A DNA stretch of 64,000 bases from Phycisphaerae bacterium (GCA_041652575.1 JBAZHC010000001.1:70636-134635), one strand, 5' to 3'. Numbered from the stretch's first letter, positions 1 through 9,657 are shown. Notes: generated from the letters alone by a model not told the origin. Program-made: numbers and translations.

Positions 1-1
1 C

Positions 2-589
2 GAACCTTTCACGATAGGCTTATATGCGGTAAAACAGAGTCAGGGCCCTTACAGCGAAAAAATTGCGATACTCGGCTCCGGCCCGATAGGACTTAGCTGT
101 ATGACCGCGGCCGGAATAAAAGGCGCAAAGAAAATTTATATGACAGACAAAATCAATTCGAGACTTGCTGTCGCCAAAAAACACGGCGCAGACTGGATAG
201 GCAATCCCGATGAAGCTGATATTGTCGAACAGATAAAAAAACTTGAACCGCTCGGCGTCGATGTCGTTTACGAATGCGCAGGCCAGCAGAGTACGATTGA
301 CCAGGCCCTTGAAATTTTACGGCCGGGCGGGAAACTTGTTCTTGTCGGCATTCCGCGTGAAAGTACGATGTCGTTTTGCATTGACTATGCGCGCAGAAAA
401 GAAATTACGATTGTAAATATCCGCAGACAGAACCGCACAACCGAAGAGTCTATTGAACTTATCGCGGATAAAAAAGTGAATATTGATTTTATGGTTACGC
501 ACAGATTCGCTTTTAAGGATGGGATAAAGGCGTTTGAAATTGTTGCCGGCTACAAAGACGGCGTAATCAAAGCGATGATTGAATTTTGA
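2..589 (+). CDS. Zinc-type (MDR family) alcohol/polyol dehydrogenase, C-terminal part; 5' end lies outside the window
   Basis: The reading frame is open to the window edge. A Rossmann GxGxxG (AILGSGPIGL) sits upstream of the first Met. The C-terminal VDVVYECAGQ...LRPGGKLVLVG pattern is typical of MDR dehydrogenases. Confidence 0.75.
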   Translation, partial: EPFTIGLYAVKQSQGPYSEKIAILGSGPIGLSCMTAAGIKGAKKIYMTDKINSRLAVAKKHGADWIGNPDEADIVEQIKKLEPLGVDVVYECAGQQSTIDQALEILRPGGKLVLVGIPRESTMSFCIDYARRKEITIVNIRRQNRTTEESIELIADKKVNIDFMVTHRFAFKDGIKAFEIVAGYKDGVIKAMIEF

Positions 590-674
590 TTAGGGCATAG
601 GGTTAGCTGGAAAAGAAGTAAGTAAAATTACCACACTGGACTTAAAAAGCGGGTACCTGTCCACAGTTTAACGG

Positions 675-1664
675 TTAGTCCGCGTCTGCTTTGATGCCTT
701 TGTTCAAGCATACGACTGGCTTGTCTTGCCGGTCAGCATATTGTACCCATGCTTTATATCCTAGTCCCCAATCAATAAACAGCTTCCCAATGAAATCACT
801 CAGCCTGTCCTGCAACGTCAGGTCATAGACATCGCAACTTCCGGCTTTATAAACATCGCCTTCCACATGCGACGAGAGAGTGTCTTTGGGTAAAAGTCCT
901 TGATACCTCACAGCATAAAGCCCCGCAAACATCGTATCATCGTTGAAATCGACAATGAATACTGCCCAGTACGGTGCTGTGAACTTCTTTCGAGCCCTTA
1001 TTTCTTGTTCGGATTGGTACTTTTCAAACCGTGGGCGGTTCTCACACCACAACTCGTAAGGTGTATGACCTTTGGTCGCTCTTTTGTCTTTGTGCCGGAT
1101 AAGGCGAACATCGGCCGGTGACAACCCTGCATTACGCAAAATTGTATTGAACATAATTGGCAACGGAGCTTGCTGTGTATTGCCCTTCATAATACCTCCT
1201 TTTGTGTTATCTATAGAAGCATTATTGTTTGTTTCATTTTTCGTCATCTTGACAGAAGGGTAAATCTCATCCTCAAACAGATTATCAAATTGATTATCAC
1301 CTTTATTAGCAAGAAATTCTTTTAATGATGTTAATTTTATTTCTTTCCAAGCAATGCCATGATGGTCTAAGGTCTTTTGAATGTTAGGCGGGACACGAGA
1401 TCCAACTAACATAACTCTTATATCCGGGTTATCTGCGGAAAGAAGCATACCTTCATATGAAAGGATTTGGCCAATATGTTCATCTTTTATTGGACCCGCT
1501 TTTAATTCTACGATAAGCTTTCTTTTATGCTTATCGTCAAATAAAAGATCCATTCTTCTTCCATATACAGTTACCTGTCGTCCTGTCAAAATCAACCCGG
1601 TTTCTATTAAGTCAGGATATTTGGCAAGTACTGATTCAAGGTCTGACTCTTTCATCTTTAACAC
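675..1664 (-). CDS. Two-domain protein: N-terminal NucS/DUF91-like PD-(D/E)xK nuclease domain fused to an unassigned ~170-aa C-terminal domain
   Basis: 329-aa ORF. The N-terminal RRMDLLFDD...LIVELKAGP...IGQILSY gives a D...ExK nuclease core as in NucS-type nucleases. The C-terminal half (LIRHKD...YELW...YQSEQE...YWAVFIV...FAGLY...IDWG) is not recognisable as a named family. Confidence 0.65.
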   Translation of the reverse strand: MLKMKESDLESVLAKYPDLIETGLILTGRQVTVYGRRMDLLFDDKHKRKLIVELKAGPIKDEHIGQILSYEGMLLSADNPDIRVMLVGSRVPPNIQKTLDHHGIAWKEIKLTSLKEFLANKGDNQFDNLFEDEIYPSVKMTKNETNNNASIDNTKGGIMKGNTQQAPLPIMFNTILRNAGLSPADVRLIRHKDKRATKGHTPYELWCENRPRFEKYQSEQEIRARKKFTAPYWAVFIVDFNDDTMFAGLYAVRYQGLLPKDTLSSHVEGDVYKAGSCDVYDLTLQDRLSDFIGKLFIDWGLGYKAWVQYADRQDKPVVCLNKGIKADAD

Positions 1665-2002
1665 TTTATATTAAAGTCCTTTTTGTTCAACTATGCCTCT
1701 GAGCCTCATTTCCAATATAATACCAAACCTGTCTTGAAAATCAATATTTTTAACTGACGGTCTTATATTGCTTTAAAACGGCGTATTGTCTTTCTATTAT
1801 ATTATCGTAAGCAACATGATAAATTGGCCGAAAGAAATTGAAATTTTTTAAAAAAAGTGAAAAATTCATCTAACAAACCTTATATTTCCACTATGATTTA
1901 GGGATGGTTTTTATAAAATTTGAAAATTAGGGTTAGGATATACTTTTAATTTGGCAAATAATGTGTCTATCACGTGCTATATTACTATAGTTATTGTATT
2001 AT

Positions 2003-2031
2003 TTGTCAAAATCTCTTTTTTGGGTTATAAT
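2003..2031 (+). promoter_or_regulatory. Sigma70-type promoter for cinA (TTGTCA, 17-nt spacer, TATAAT)
   Basis: TTGTCA lies at 2003-2008 and a perfect TATAAT at 2026-2031, with an exact 17-nt spacer. The cinA ATG at 2040 is only 9 nt downstream of the -10 box and has no Shine-Dalgarno sequence. Confidence 0.6.
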
Positions 2032-2039
2032 TACAGCTT

Positions 2040-3284
2040 ATGCAAAATAATGCTGCGATAATAAGCGTTGGCAATGAGCTTTTAAACGGCAATACCGTTG
2101 ACACAAACAGCAGTTGGCTGCAAAGCCGATTGCTTACGGTATCTATACCCATAGTTTATAGCTGTGCCGTTATCGACGACATCGAGGAGATTAAAAACGC
2201 CATTGAATACGCTTCCGGCAAAGCGGATATCATTTTAATTACCGGCGGTCTCGGCCCGACGGACGACGACCTTACGAGAGATGGAATCGCACAATTCCTG
2301 AATGTCAAACTTGAATATCATCCTGAAATTTATGAGAAGATAGAAAATTTCTTCACGGCCATAAACAGGCCATTGGTGGAAAAAAACAAAATTCAGGCCT
2401 ATCTTCCTGCCGGCACTGTTGCTATCGAAAATGAACTCGGCACCGCGCCGGGAATATTTTACAAAGACGGCAAAAAAATAATTGCCTCGTTTCCCGGTGT
2501 GCCGAGCGAGATGAAACAGATGTTCGACAAGTCGATTTTGCCTAAGCTGAAAAAGTTTTCTCACAGCGATTGTCTGGTTGTAAGGAAAATCAGATGTATC
2601 GGCGCAGGCGAATCGGCAATCGCCGAGATGATGGGCGATATGATGGCACGCGACAGGAATCCGCTTGTAAACTGCACTGTCGATCATGGAATCATCACGC
2701 TGCATATAATCGCCCGCGCTCAGGATAAGCGCAGTGCCGAGATTATGGCGGCAAAGGATATCGAAAGACTTCGCGGCATTTTAGGCGAGCTTATTTACGG
2801 TTTGGACGAGCAGAGTCTTGCTGAAGTTGTCGGACAGAAACTTTTAGAGAAAAAAAAGACTTTAGCGACAGCCGAATCCTGTACAGGCGGCCTTATCGCC
2901 AAAATGATTACCGATGTGCCGGGTTCGAGCGGATATTTTACTTACGGCTGGGTTACTTACAGCAACGAGGCGAAAATATCGGAACTTGGCGTAGAAAAAA
3001 AACTGATAGAACAGTTTGGTGCCGTCAGCAGAGAGGTTGCCGCGGCGATGGCTAAAGGGGCCAGGAAAAAATCAGGTGCGGATTTCGCCGTTGCCGTTAC
3101 TGGAATTGCAGGCCCGCAGGGCGAAACTGAACAAAAACCTGTGGGATTGGTATATATTTCCATAGCTTCATCGAGAGGTGCCGAAACGGAGAGATTTTTA
3201 TTCGGACCAAGAAACAGGGATTTTATCAGACTAAGAACAGCTCAAACTTTACTTAATTTACTCAGATTGAAGTTGGGTAATTGA
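2040..3284 (+). CDS. cinA: CinA: competence/damage-inducible protein with an MoCF-type N-terminal domain and a PncC NMN-amidohydrolase C-terminal domain
   Basis: The N-terminus is AIISVGNELLNG...ILITGGLGPTDDDLT. The C-terminus is TLATAESCTGGLIAKMITDVPGSS...VAVTGIAGP. Confidence 0.9.
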   Translation: MQNNAAIISVGNELLNGNTVDTNSSWLQSRLLTVSIPIVYSCAVIDDIEEIKNAIEYASGKADIILITGGLGPTDDDLTRDGIAQFLNVKLEYHPEIYEKIENFFTAINRPLVEKNKIQAYLPAGTVAIENELGTAPGIFYKDGKKIIASFPGVPSEMKQMFDKSILPKLKKFSHSDCLVVRKIRCIGAGESAIAEMMGDMMARDRNPLVNCTVDHGIITLHIIARAQDKRSAEIMAAKDIERLRGILGELIYGLDEQSLAEVVGQKLLEKKKTLATAESCTGGLIAKMITDVPGSSGYFTYGWVTYSNEAKISELGVEKKLIEQFGAVSREVAAAMAKGARKKSGADFAVAVTGIAGPQGETEQKPVGLVYISIASSRGAETERFLFGPRNRDFIRLRTAQTLLNLLRLKLGN

Positions 3285-3350
3285 CCTCTTTGGCCGATAT
3301 TGATATAGTTATAGTATAAATAACACGATTGGAGTGTATCTATACGTTTT

Positions 3351-5063
3351 ATGGCAAAAAGCCGAAGAAAATTAGGCGAAATACTCTACAAAAGCGGATT
3401 GGTTAGCAAAGAAGCGCTTATTGACGCCCTGAAAACCTCTCAGCAGAAGAACAAAAGAATCGGCGAAACGCTGATCGAGATGGGGCTGGTTTCTGAAGAC
3501 CACGTTACTAAGGCTATTGCTCATCAATTTGGTCTTGAATATATAGACCTTGACAGGCATCCCATTTCCCAGAGTACATTAAAACTTATTCCGGAAGAAG
3601 TCGTTCAGAAGTATGGTGTTTTGCCGATTAGCAAGGAGAACGGCAGGTTAAAACTGATTATCAGCGACCCGCTTGACCTTGATATGCTTGATACGCTGCG
3701 TTTCAGGCTTAACAGCGAAATTGACTGCAGTATCGCAAGTCCTACGAAGATTCGCGCCTTCATCGACAGAAGTATAGACGAGGTAAGAAGCAGTATTGAT
3801 GCCACCGCCGCCGAGCTCGCCGAAGAAGGCCATACCATTGAAGAGGAAATAAGAAAGGCCGCCGACGCGGAGGAAGATGATGAAGGACCGGTTATTCGGC
3901 TTGTCAATATGATGATTGACGAAGCGGTCCGTATGAAGGCAAGCGATATTCATATCGAGCCGATGGCCGACCGTGTAAGGGTTCGCTATCGTGTCGATGG
4001 TGTTTGTGCCGAAAGGGATACTATTCCCAAGCATATGCAGCCGGCGGTACTTGCCCGTTTGAAGATTTTATCGGGAATGGACATTTCAGAAAGACGACTG
4101 CCGCAGGACGGAAGAATTCAGAGAGAAATCGAAGGCAGGAAGGTTGACTTCCGTGTTTCTGCGCTCCCCGGTTATCATGGCGAAAGTACTGTGCTTCGTA
4201 TTTTAGAGCCGGAGTCGATTAATATTGGTATCCAGGCACTGGGTCTGGGCGATGAAGACAATCAGAAATTTTTGAAAATTATCAAAAGACCGAATGGTAT
4301 ATTCCTTGTTACAGGACCGACCGGCAGCGGAAAAAGTACGACGCTTTACTCGGCACTGAAAGAGCTTAACAAACCCGACAAAAAGATTATTACCGCTGAG
4401 GACCCGGTGGAATATAACGTAGCGGGCATTAACCAGTGCCAGGTGAAAGAGGACATTGGGCTTACTTTTGCCAAAATTCTTCGAGCAATGCTGCGTCAGG
4501 CGCCGAACGTGATCCTCGTCGGCGAAATTCGTGACGGCGAGGTTGCCGATATCGCTATTCAGGCCGCACTTACGGGCCACCTTGTTTTCAGCACTCTGCA
4601 TACCAATGACGCTTCCAGCGCGATTACGCGTTTGATTGATATGGGCGTAAAGCCTTTCCTTGTCGCAAGTTCAATTCAGGCTATTATGGCACAGCGCCTT
4701 GTGCGAAGAATATGCCCGGCTTGTAAAATTGTCGATGAACATCCTGACCCGCATTTTCTGAGGCTGCTCAATATCGGGCCGGACGATTTGAAAAAATATC
4801 CTGTGTATAAAGGCGCAGGCTGCAATAAATGTCATAATCTCGGTTATAAGGGCAGGCAGGGAATCTTTGAAATACTCGAGATGAATAACGAGTTGAGAGA
4901 ACTTGCATTTGCCAGGGCTCCTGCTTCGGAGCTGCGAAGGGCCGCAAAGGCCGGAGGTATGAGAACCCTGCTCGGAGACGGCAGGGAAAAAGTGTTCAAA
5001 GGAATAACAACGCCTGAAGAAGTCTCGAAACATTCACAGGCGGAAGGTTTGGTACTCGATTAA
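3351..5063 (+). CDS. PilB/GspE-family secretion/pilus-extension ATPase, copy 1
   Basis: N-terminal T2SSE_N/MshEN-type repeats, Walker A GPTGSGKST, Asp/His boxes, and a tetracysteine motif (CPAC...CNKC). Confidence 0.9.
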   Translation: MAKSRRKLGEILYKSGLVSKEALIDALKTSQQKNKRIGETLIEMGLVSEDHVTKAIAHQFGLEYIDLDRHPISQSTLKLIPEEVVQKYGVLPISKENGRLKLIISDPLDLDMLDTLRFRLNSEIDCSIASPTKIRAFIDRSIDEVRSSIDATAAELAEEGHTIEEEIRKAADAEEDDEGPVIRLVNMMIDEAVRMKASDIHIEPMADRVRVRYRVDGVCAERDTIPKHMQPAVLARLKILSGMDISERRLPQDGRIQREIEGRKVDFRVSALPGYHGESTVLRILEPESINIGIQALGLGDEDNQKFLKIIKRPNGIFLVTGPTGSGKSTTLYSALKELNKPDKKIITAEDPVEYNVAGINQCQVKEDIGLTFAKILRAMLRQAPNVILVGEIRDGEVADIAIQAALTGHLVFSTLHTNDASSAITRLIDMGVKPFLVASSIQAIMAQRLVRRICPACKIVDEHPDPHFLRLLNIGPDDLKKYPVYKGAGCNKCHNLGYKGRQGIFEILEMNNELRELAFARAPASELRRAAKAGGMRTLLGDGREKVFKGITTPEEVSKHSQAEGLVLD

Positions 5064-5083
5064 TATTTTGACAGGATTTTAAA

Positions 5084-6220
5084 ATGGCTACGGTACATAT
5101 AGACAGGCTTCTTGACGCGTGTATAAAAATGGGCGGTTCAGACGTGCATCTTACTGTCGGCAGGCCGCCGGTGTTAAGAGTTCACGGCAGATTGAGGTCG
5201 CTTGAGACCAAGGTACTTGAGCCTGAGGATACAAGTGCGCTGATGAAGAGTATAACTCCAGACAAAAATCAGCAGGAATTTCAGGAAGTCGGCGGTACAG
5301 ATTTTGGTTTTGCCTTCGGCGATAAGGCCCGGTTCAGAACAGCGATTTTCCGTCAGAAAGGTAATGTAACTCTCGTATTGCGATTAATACCTTCTGAGCT
5401 GATGAGCCTGGAAAAAATAGGACTGCCGAAGATTTGTTCTGCGCTGTGTCGCAGGCCAAGAGGGCTTTTTCTTGTAACAGGACCAACCGGAAGCGGTAAA
5501 ACAACTACGCTTGCGAGTATGATTAATTATATCAATGAGACTCTCGACCGGCATATAATAACAGTTGAACATCCTATTGAATATTATCATCAGCACAAAA
5601 AATCGATTGTAAATCAGCGTGAGGTCGGAACCGATGTACCGAATTTTGCCGAGGCGTTGAGAAGGGCACTAAGGCAGGACCCTGACGTAATCCTTGTCGG
5701 CGAGTTGCGAGACCTTGAAACGATGGAAAATGCTCTCCGTGCGGCAGAAACCGGACACCTTGTGTTCAGCACCGTGCATACCACAGGCTGTCAGGGTACG
5801 ATTACCAGAATTGTCGATACTTTCCCGGTCGCCCAGCAGGAGCAGATAAGGGTGCAGATGAGCACAAATCTTATCGCCGTTTTAAGCCAGGCGCTTTGTC
5901 CGTTAAAGGCCGGCAAGGGCAGAGTCGCTGCTTATGAATTTATGGTGGTAACGCCTGCCATTGCAAACCTTATTCGTGAGAATAAAACCTATAGAATTGA
6001 GTCGAGTATTCAAACCGGAAAGAATCTCGGTATGCAATTGCTGGATGACCATCTATGGGACCTCTATGATAAGGATAGGATTACTCTTGAAGAGATGCTC
6101 GACAAGGCCAGACAGCCAAGTGTCATGCTCGAAAAGGCCGAAAAGAAAATGGGCGGAAGGACCGAAGAAATGAAAAGGGAACTTGAAAATATCGGTCCTA
6201 TTATTGGGGTTTCCAGCTAA
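5084..6220 (+). CDS. pilT: PilT-type twitching-motility (retraction) ATPase
   Basis: 378 aa and lacks the long GspE N-domain. Contains SDVHL, Walker A GPTGSGKTTT, ILVGELRD and GHLVFSTVHT. Confidence 0.9.
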   Translation: MATVHIDRLLDACIKMGGSDVHLTVGRPPVLRVHGRLRSLETKVLEPEDTSALMKSITPDKNQQEFQEVGGTDFGFAFGDKARFRTAIFRQKGNVTLVLRLIPSELMSLEKIGLPKICSALCRRPRGLFLVTGPTGSGKTTTLASMINYINETLDRHIITVEHPIEYYHQHKKSIVNQREVGTDVPNFAEALRRALRQDPDVILVGELRDLETMENALRAAETGHLVFSTVHTTGCQGTITRIVDTFPVAQQEQIRVQMSTNLIAVLSQALCPLKAGKGRVAAYEFMVVTPAIANLIRENKTYRIESSIQTGKNLGMQLLDDHLWDLYDKDRITLEEMLDKARQPSVMLEKAEKKMGGRTEEMKRELENIGPIIGVSS

Positions 6221-6531
6221 ATTTTATTCAGCGGTCAAGGTGGACTTGAAAAGAAGGAGACTCTTTTTGTCATTAATTTTGCGGTTTTATCCCTCTTCAT
6301 AAAAGTATTTGTTGTAACAATATTTATGGTTTAGATTTTTATATTATATTGTTCATTTTACCAATTTTAAACCATAATATTTATAGTGGTAACAGATTTG
6401 TTTTTACTAAATTGTTTTAAATACCAAGTGTCGCATACATAATTTTCTTGCTAACATAGTGTTATGAACGTATATTGTTATTAGAAGGGTAAAGATAATT
6501 TACCGATTAAGAATTAAGTTGGAGGTCTGAT

Positions 6532-8280
6532 ATGGCCAGAGACATTCCAATAGAGCAGTTGCGAGGCAGGACGTTAGGACGAATTCTCGTTAAAATGGGA
6601 ATCTTAACGAGGGATAAAGTTCATCAATGCTTAGCTGTTCAGAAGAAAAAAGGCGGCGGGGTTCTTCTCGGGCAGGTGATGATCGAATTGGGAATGATAG
6701 ATGATAAGCAGCTAAAAAAGGCACTGGCGGCGCAAAGGGGAATGGGATATGTCGACCTGGCCGGCATGGATATCGAAAAATCCATAATAGACCAAATACC
6801 TGCTCAGATGGCCAATGCCTACAGGGTAGTGCCGCTCGAATACGATAAAATTCAAAACACTATGATAGTGGCAATCGACAGTCCGGATAATTTCAAAGCG
6901 ACCGACGATTTAAGCACGCTGATGGGATTTAAGGTTCAGGCCAAAGTTGCTTCACCTGCCGAACTCGATGAGGTCCTCAAAAAATATTATTCCAAGGAAG
7001 AAGAGAGTATAAACGACCTTATCGGTCAGCTTGAAGGTGACGACTTTCTCGGAGAATTTGCGGGCAGAGACCAGAGTATCGACCTCAGCGAGCTTAAAGA
7101 ACTTGCCGAATCGAACCCGGTCAAAAAACTGCTCAACCTCGTACTTTTGCAGGCCATAAAAGACAAGGCCTCGGACATTCACTTTGAACCTTTCGAAGAC
7201 GAATACAAGATGCGATACCGAATTGACGGCGTGCTTTATGAGATGATACCGCCGCCAAAACATATAGCCGTAGCCATAAGTTCGAGAATAAAGGTTATGG
7301 CAAATCTTGACATAGCCGAAAGAAGAATGCCTCAGGACGGCAGAATTCCGTTGACCGTCCAGGGTCATCAGGTTGACCTGCGTGTCGCTATTCTTCCGAC
7401 GATGTTCGGCGAAAGCGTCGTGCTTCGTGTACTTGACAGGTCACAGCTCGATTTGAAGCTCGAGAACCTCGGCATGGCACAGGAAGATATGAGTATGGTA
7501 CGTCAGCTTATGCAGAAACCCAACGGGATTCTTATTGTAACGGGACCTACCGGCAGCGGAAAAACGACGACGCTTTATTCGGCGCTTAAGGAACTTAATA
7601 CTATCGACAGCAAGCTGATTACCACGGAGGACCCCGTTGAGTATGATATCGACGGCATTATTCAGGTGCAGATGAAACCTGACATAGGTCTTACGTTCGC
7701 AAGCTGTCTTAGGTCTATATTGCGTCAGGACCCTGACGTGATAATGGTCGGTGAAATTCGTGACCTTGAGACGGCGCAAATTGCCTCGCAGGCCTCGCTC
7801 ACAGGACACCTTGTTTTTACAACGCTCCATACCAATGACGCCCCGAGCGCAATCGCAAGACTTTTGGACCTTGGTCTTGAGCCGTTTTTGATTACCGCGA
7901 CCCTCGAAGGAATTATCGCCCAAAGGCTTGTAAGAAAAATATGCAAAAACTGCAAAGAGGCTTATGAACCGACTGAAGAGCAGCTTCTCGAACTTGATTT
8001 GACGCCGGATAAGGTGCAGGGCAAGACGTTCTATTACGGCCGGGGCTGCGACCAGTGCAATAATACAGGATACAGAGGCCGAATGGGAATATATGAAATA
8101 ATGGTTTTTGACGATGAAATGCGCGAACTTGTAATGAACCATGCCTCGACAAATGTGCTGCGAACTGCGGCGAAAAAGGTCGGTATGACGACACTTCGCG
8201 AAAGAGGACTTAATGCGATATATAACGGCGTGACAACGATAGAAGAAGTTGTCAAGGAAACAGTAATGGAAGAGCAGTAG
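6532..8280 (+). CDS. PilB/GspE-family secretion/pilus-extension ATPase, copy 2
   Basis: A paralogue of the 3351-5063 gene with the same domain order. Walker A GPTGSGKTTT and tetracysteine CKNC...CDQC. The RBS ggagg lies upstream. Confidence 0.9.
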   Translation: MARDIPIEQLRGRTLGRILVKMGILTRDKVHQCLAVQKKKGGGVLLGQVMIELGMIDDKQLKKALAAQRGMGYVDLAGMDIEKSIIDQIPAQMANAYRVVPLEYDKIQNTMIVAIDSPDNFKATDDLSTLMGFKVQAKVASPAELDEVLKKYYSKEEESINDLIGQLEGDDFLGEFAGRDQSIDLSELKELAESNPVKKLLNLVLLQAIKDKASDIHFEPFEDEYKMRYRIDGVLYEMIPPPKHIAVAISSRIKVMANLDIAERRMPQDGRIPLTVQGHQVDLRVAILPTMFGESVVLRVLDRSQLDLKLENLGMAQEDMSMVRQLMQKPNGILIVTGPTGSGKTTTLYSALKELNTIDSKLITTEDPVEYDIDGIIQVQMKPDIGLTFASCLRSILRQDPDVIMVGEIRDLETAQIASQASLTGHLVFTTLHTNDAPSAIARLLDLGLEPFLITATLEGIIAQRLVRKICKNCKEAYEPTEEQLLELDLTPDKVQGKTFYYGRGCDQCNNTGYRGRMGIYEIMVFDDEMRELVMNHASTNVLRTAAKKVGMTTLRERGLNAIYNGVTTIEEVVKETVMEEQ

Positions 8281-8324
8281 CGATTTAAGATTGAAAATTG
8301 AAGAATGAAGATTTGAGTTTAGGA

Positions 8325-8360
8325 TTCGGTATAGCTAACGTTACCGTTACCGATACCGAA
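8325..8360. repeat. Imperfect palindrome (family C: ggtat/ggtaac-rich) downstream of the second ATPase
   Basis: In ttcggtatagctaacg-ttac-cgttaccgataccgaa the two arms are complementary except at 2 positions. Confidence 0.6.
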
Positions 8361-8385
8361 AACGGAATTTAATAAAAGGTGATAT

Positions 8386-9630
8386 ATGCCGGTTTTTCAA
8401 TATGAAGCGTTAGATGCCAGCGGGCAGGAAATAAAAGGGCAAATCGAAGCTCTCAGCGGTGATGAAGCGCTGAGTAAAATCCGCAATATGGGATATTTCC
8501 CTACGAAGCCTCCCAAAGCCAAGGGCGGAGTGCGTGAGAAAAAGGCTGCATCGACCAAACCGAAATCCCGCAGGGGTGCCGGCGGCAGTGTGGGAGTAAA
8601 ACAGCTTACACAATTCGCCAGACAGCTTTCGACTCTTCAGGATGCCGGTCTGCCGATTTTGCGTTCGCTTCGGATTCTCGAAGAACAGCAAAAGCCCGGT
8701 ACTTTTAAGAAGATTATCGGTTACGTAGGCGATGATATTGAAAGCGGCTCAACTCTTTCCGAAGCGCTTGGAAAATATCCAAAGGCGTTCAACAGATTAT
8801 TTGTGAATATGGTGGCGGCAGGCGAGGTCGGCGGCGTTCTCGATGTCATTTTGTCCAGACTTGCCGATTTTATGGAAAAGGCGGCCAAGCTGAAAGCCAA
8901 AATTAAGGGCGCGATGGTTTACCCGGTTGTCGTTATGGGCGCTGCCTTCGGTATCGTTATGGGTTTGATGCTTGGTGTTATTCCGAAATTCAGTACGATT
9001 TTAAAGGATATGACCGGTGGAGAACTGCCGGCCCTTACAAGAATCCTTATATCAATCAGTAACTGGATTGCGTTCCAGTACGGCTGGGCCGTGATGATTG
9101 CGATTCCGTTTATAATAATATTTACACTGCGCCTTATAAGACAGTTCGCTATCGGCAGATATATCCTTGATACCATTAACCTTCATTTGCCTGTTATAGG
9201 CAAGTTGGTCTATAAAACAGTCGTAGCGCGATGGACAAGAACGCTTGGCACTCTCATCAGCGCAGGCGTGCCGATACTCGAGGCGATAAACATTACCGCC
9301 GACACCGCGGGAAATGAAGTTTATTCGACTATGCTTCGCAAGGTGTACAACGCAATCAGGCAGGGCGATACCTTTGCAAATCCGCTCAGAATCTCGAAGA
9401 CCACCGACAGCCTCGTGGTGAATATGATTGATGTCGGCGAGGAAACGGGCGATATGGACAAGATGCTTATGAAAATCGCCGGAAATTTCGATGAAGAAGT
9501 TGATGTGCTCGTCGGCTCTCTTATGAGTCTGCTTGAGCCTATAATGATTATCGTTCTCGGCGGAACCGTAGGCGTGATTGTGCTCGCTATATTTTTGCCG
9601 ATGGTAAAGATTATTACGTCTTTAATGTAA
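8386..9630 (+). CDS. PilC/GspF-family inner-membrane platform protein
   Basis: 414 aa with the duplicated T2SSF architecture, three hydrophobic segments, and the motifs LSTLQDAGLPILRSL and LISAGVPILEAI. Confidence 0.9.
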   Translation: MPVFQYEALDASGQEIKGQIEALSGDEALSKIRNMGYFPTKPPKAKGGVREKKAASTKPKSRRGAGGSVGVKQLTQFARQLSTLQDAGLPILRSLRILEEQQKPGTFKKIIGYVGDDIESGSTLSEALGKYPKAFNRLFVNMVAAGEVGGVLDVILSRLADFMEKAAKLKAKIKGAMVYPVVVMGAAFGIVMGLMLGVIPKFSTILKDMTGGELPALTRILISISNWIAFQYGWAVMIAIPFIIIFTLRLIRQFAIGRYILDTINLHLPVIGKLVYKTVVARWTRTLGTLISAGVPILEAINITADTAGNEVYSTMLRKVYNAIRQGDTFANPLRISKTTDSLVVNMIDVGEETGDMDKMLMKIAGNFDEEVDVLVGSLMSLLEPIMIIVLGGTVGVIVLAIFLPMVKIITSLM

Positions 9631-9657
9631 AATTTATAACTTAATATTGAAAAATTT

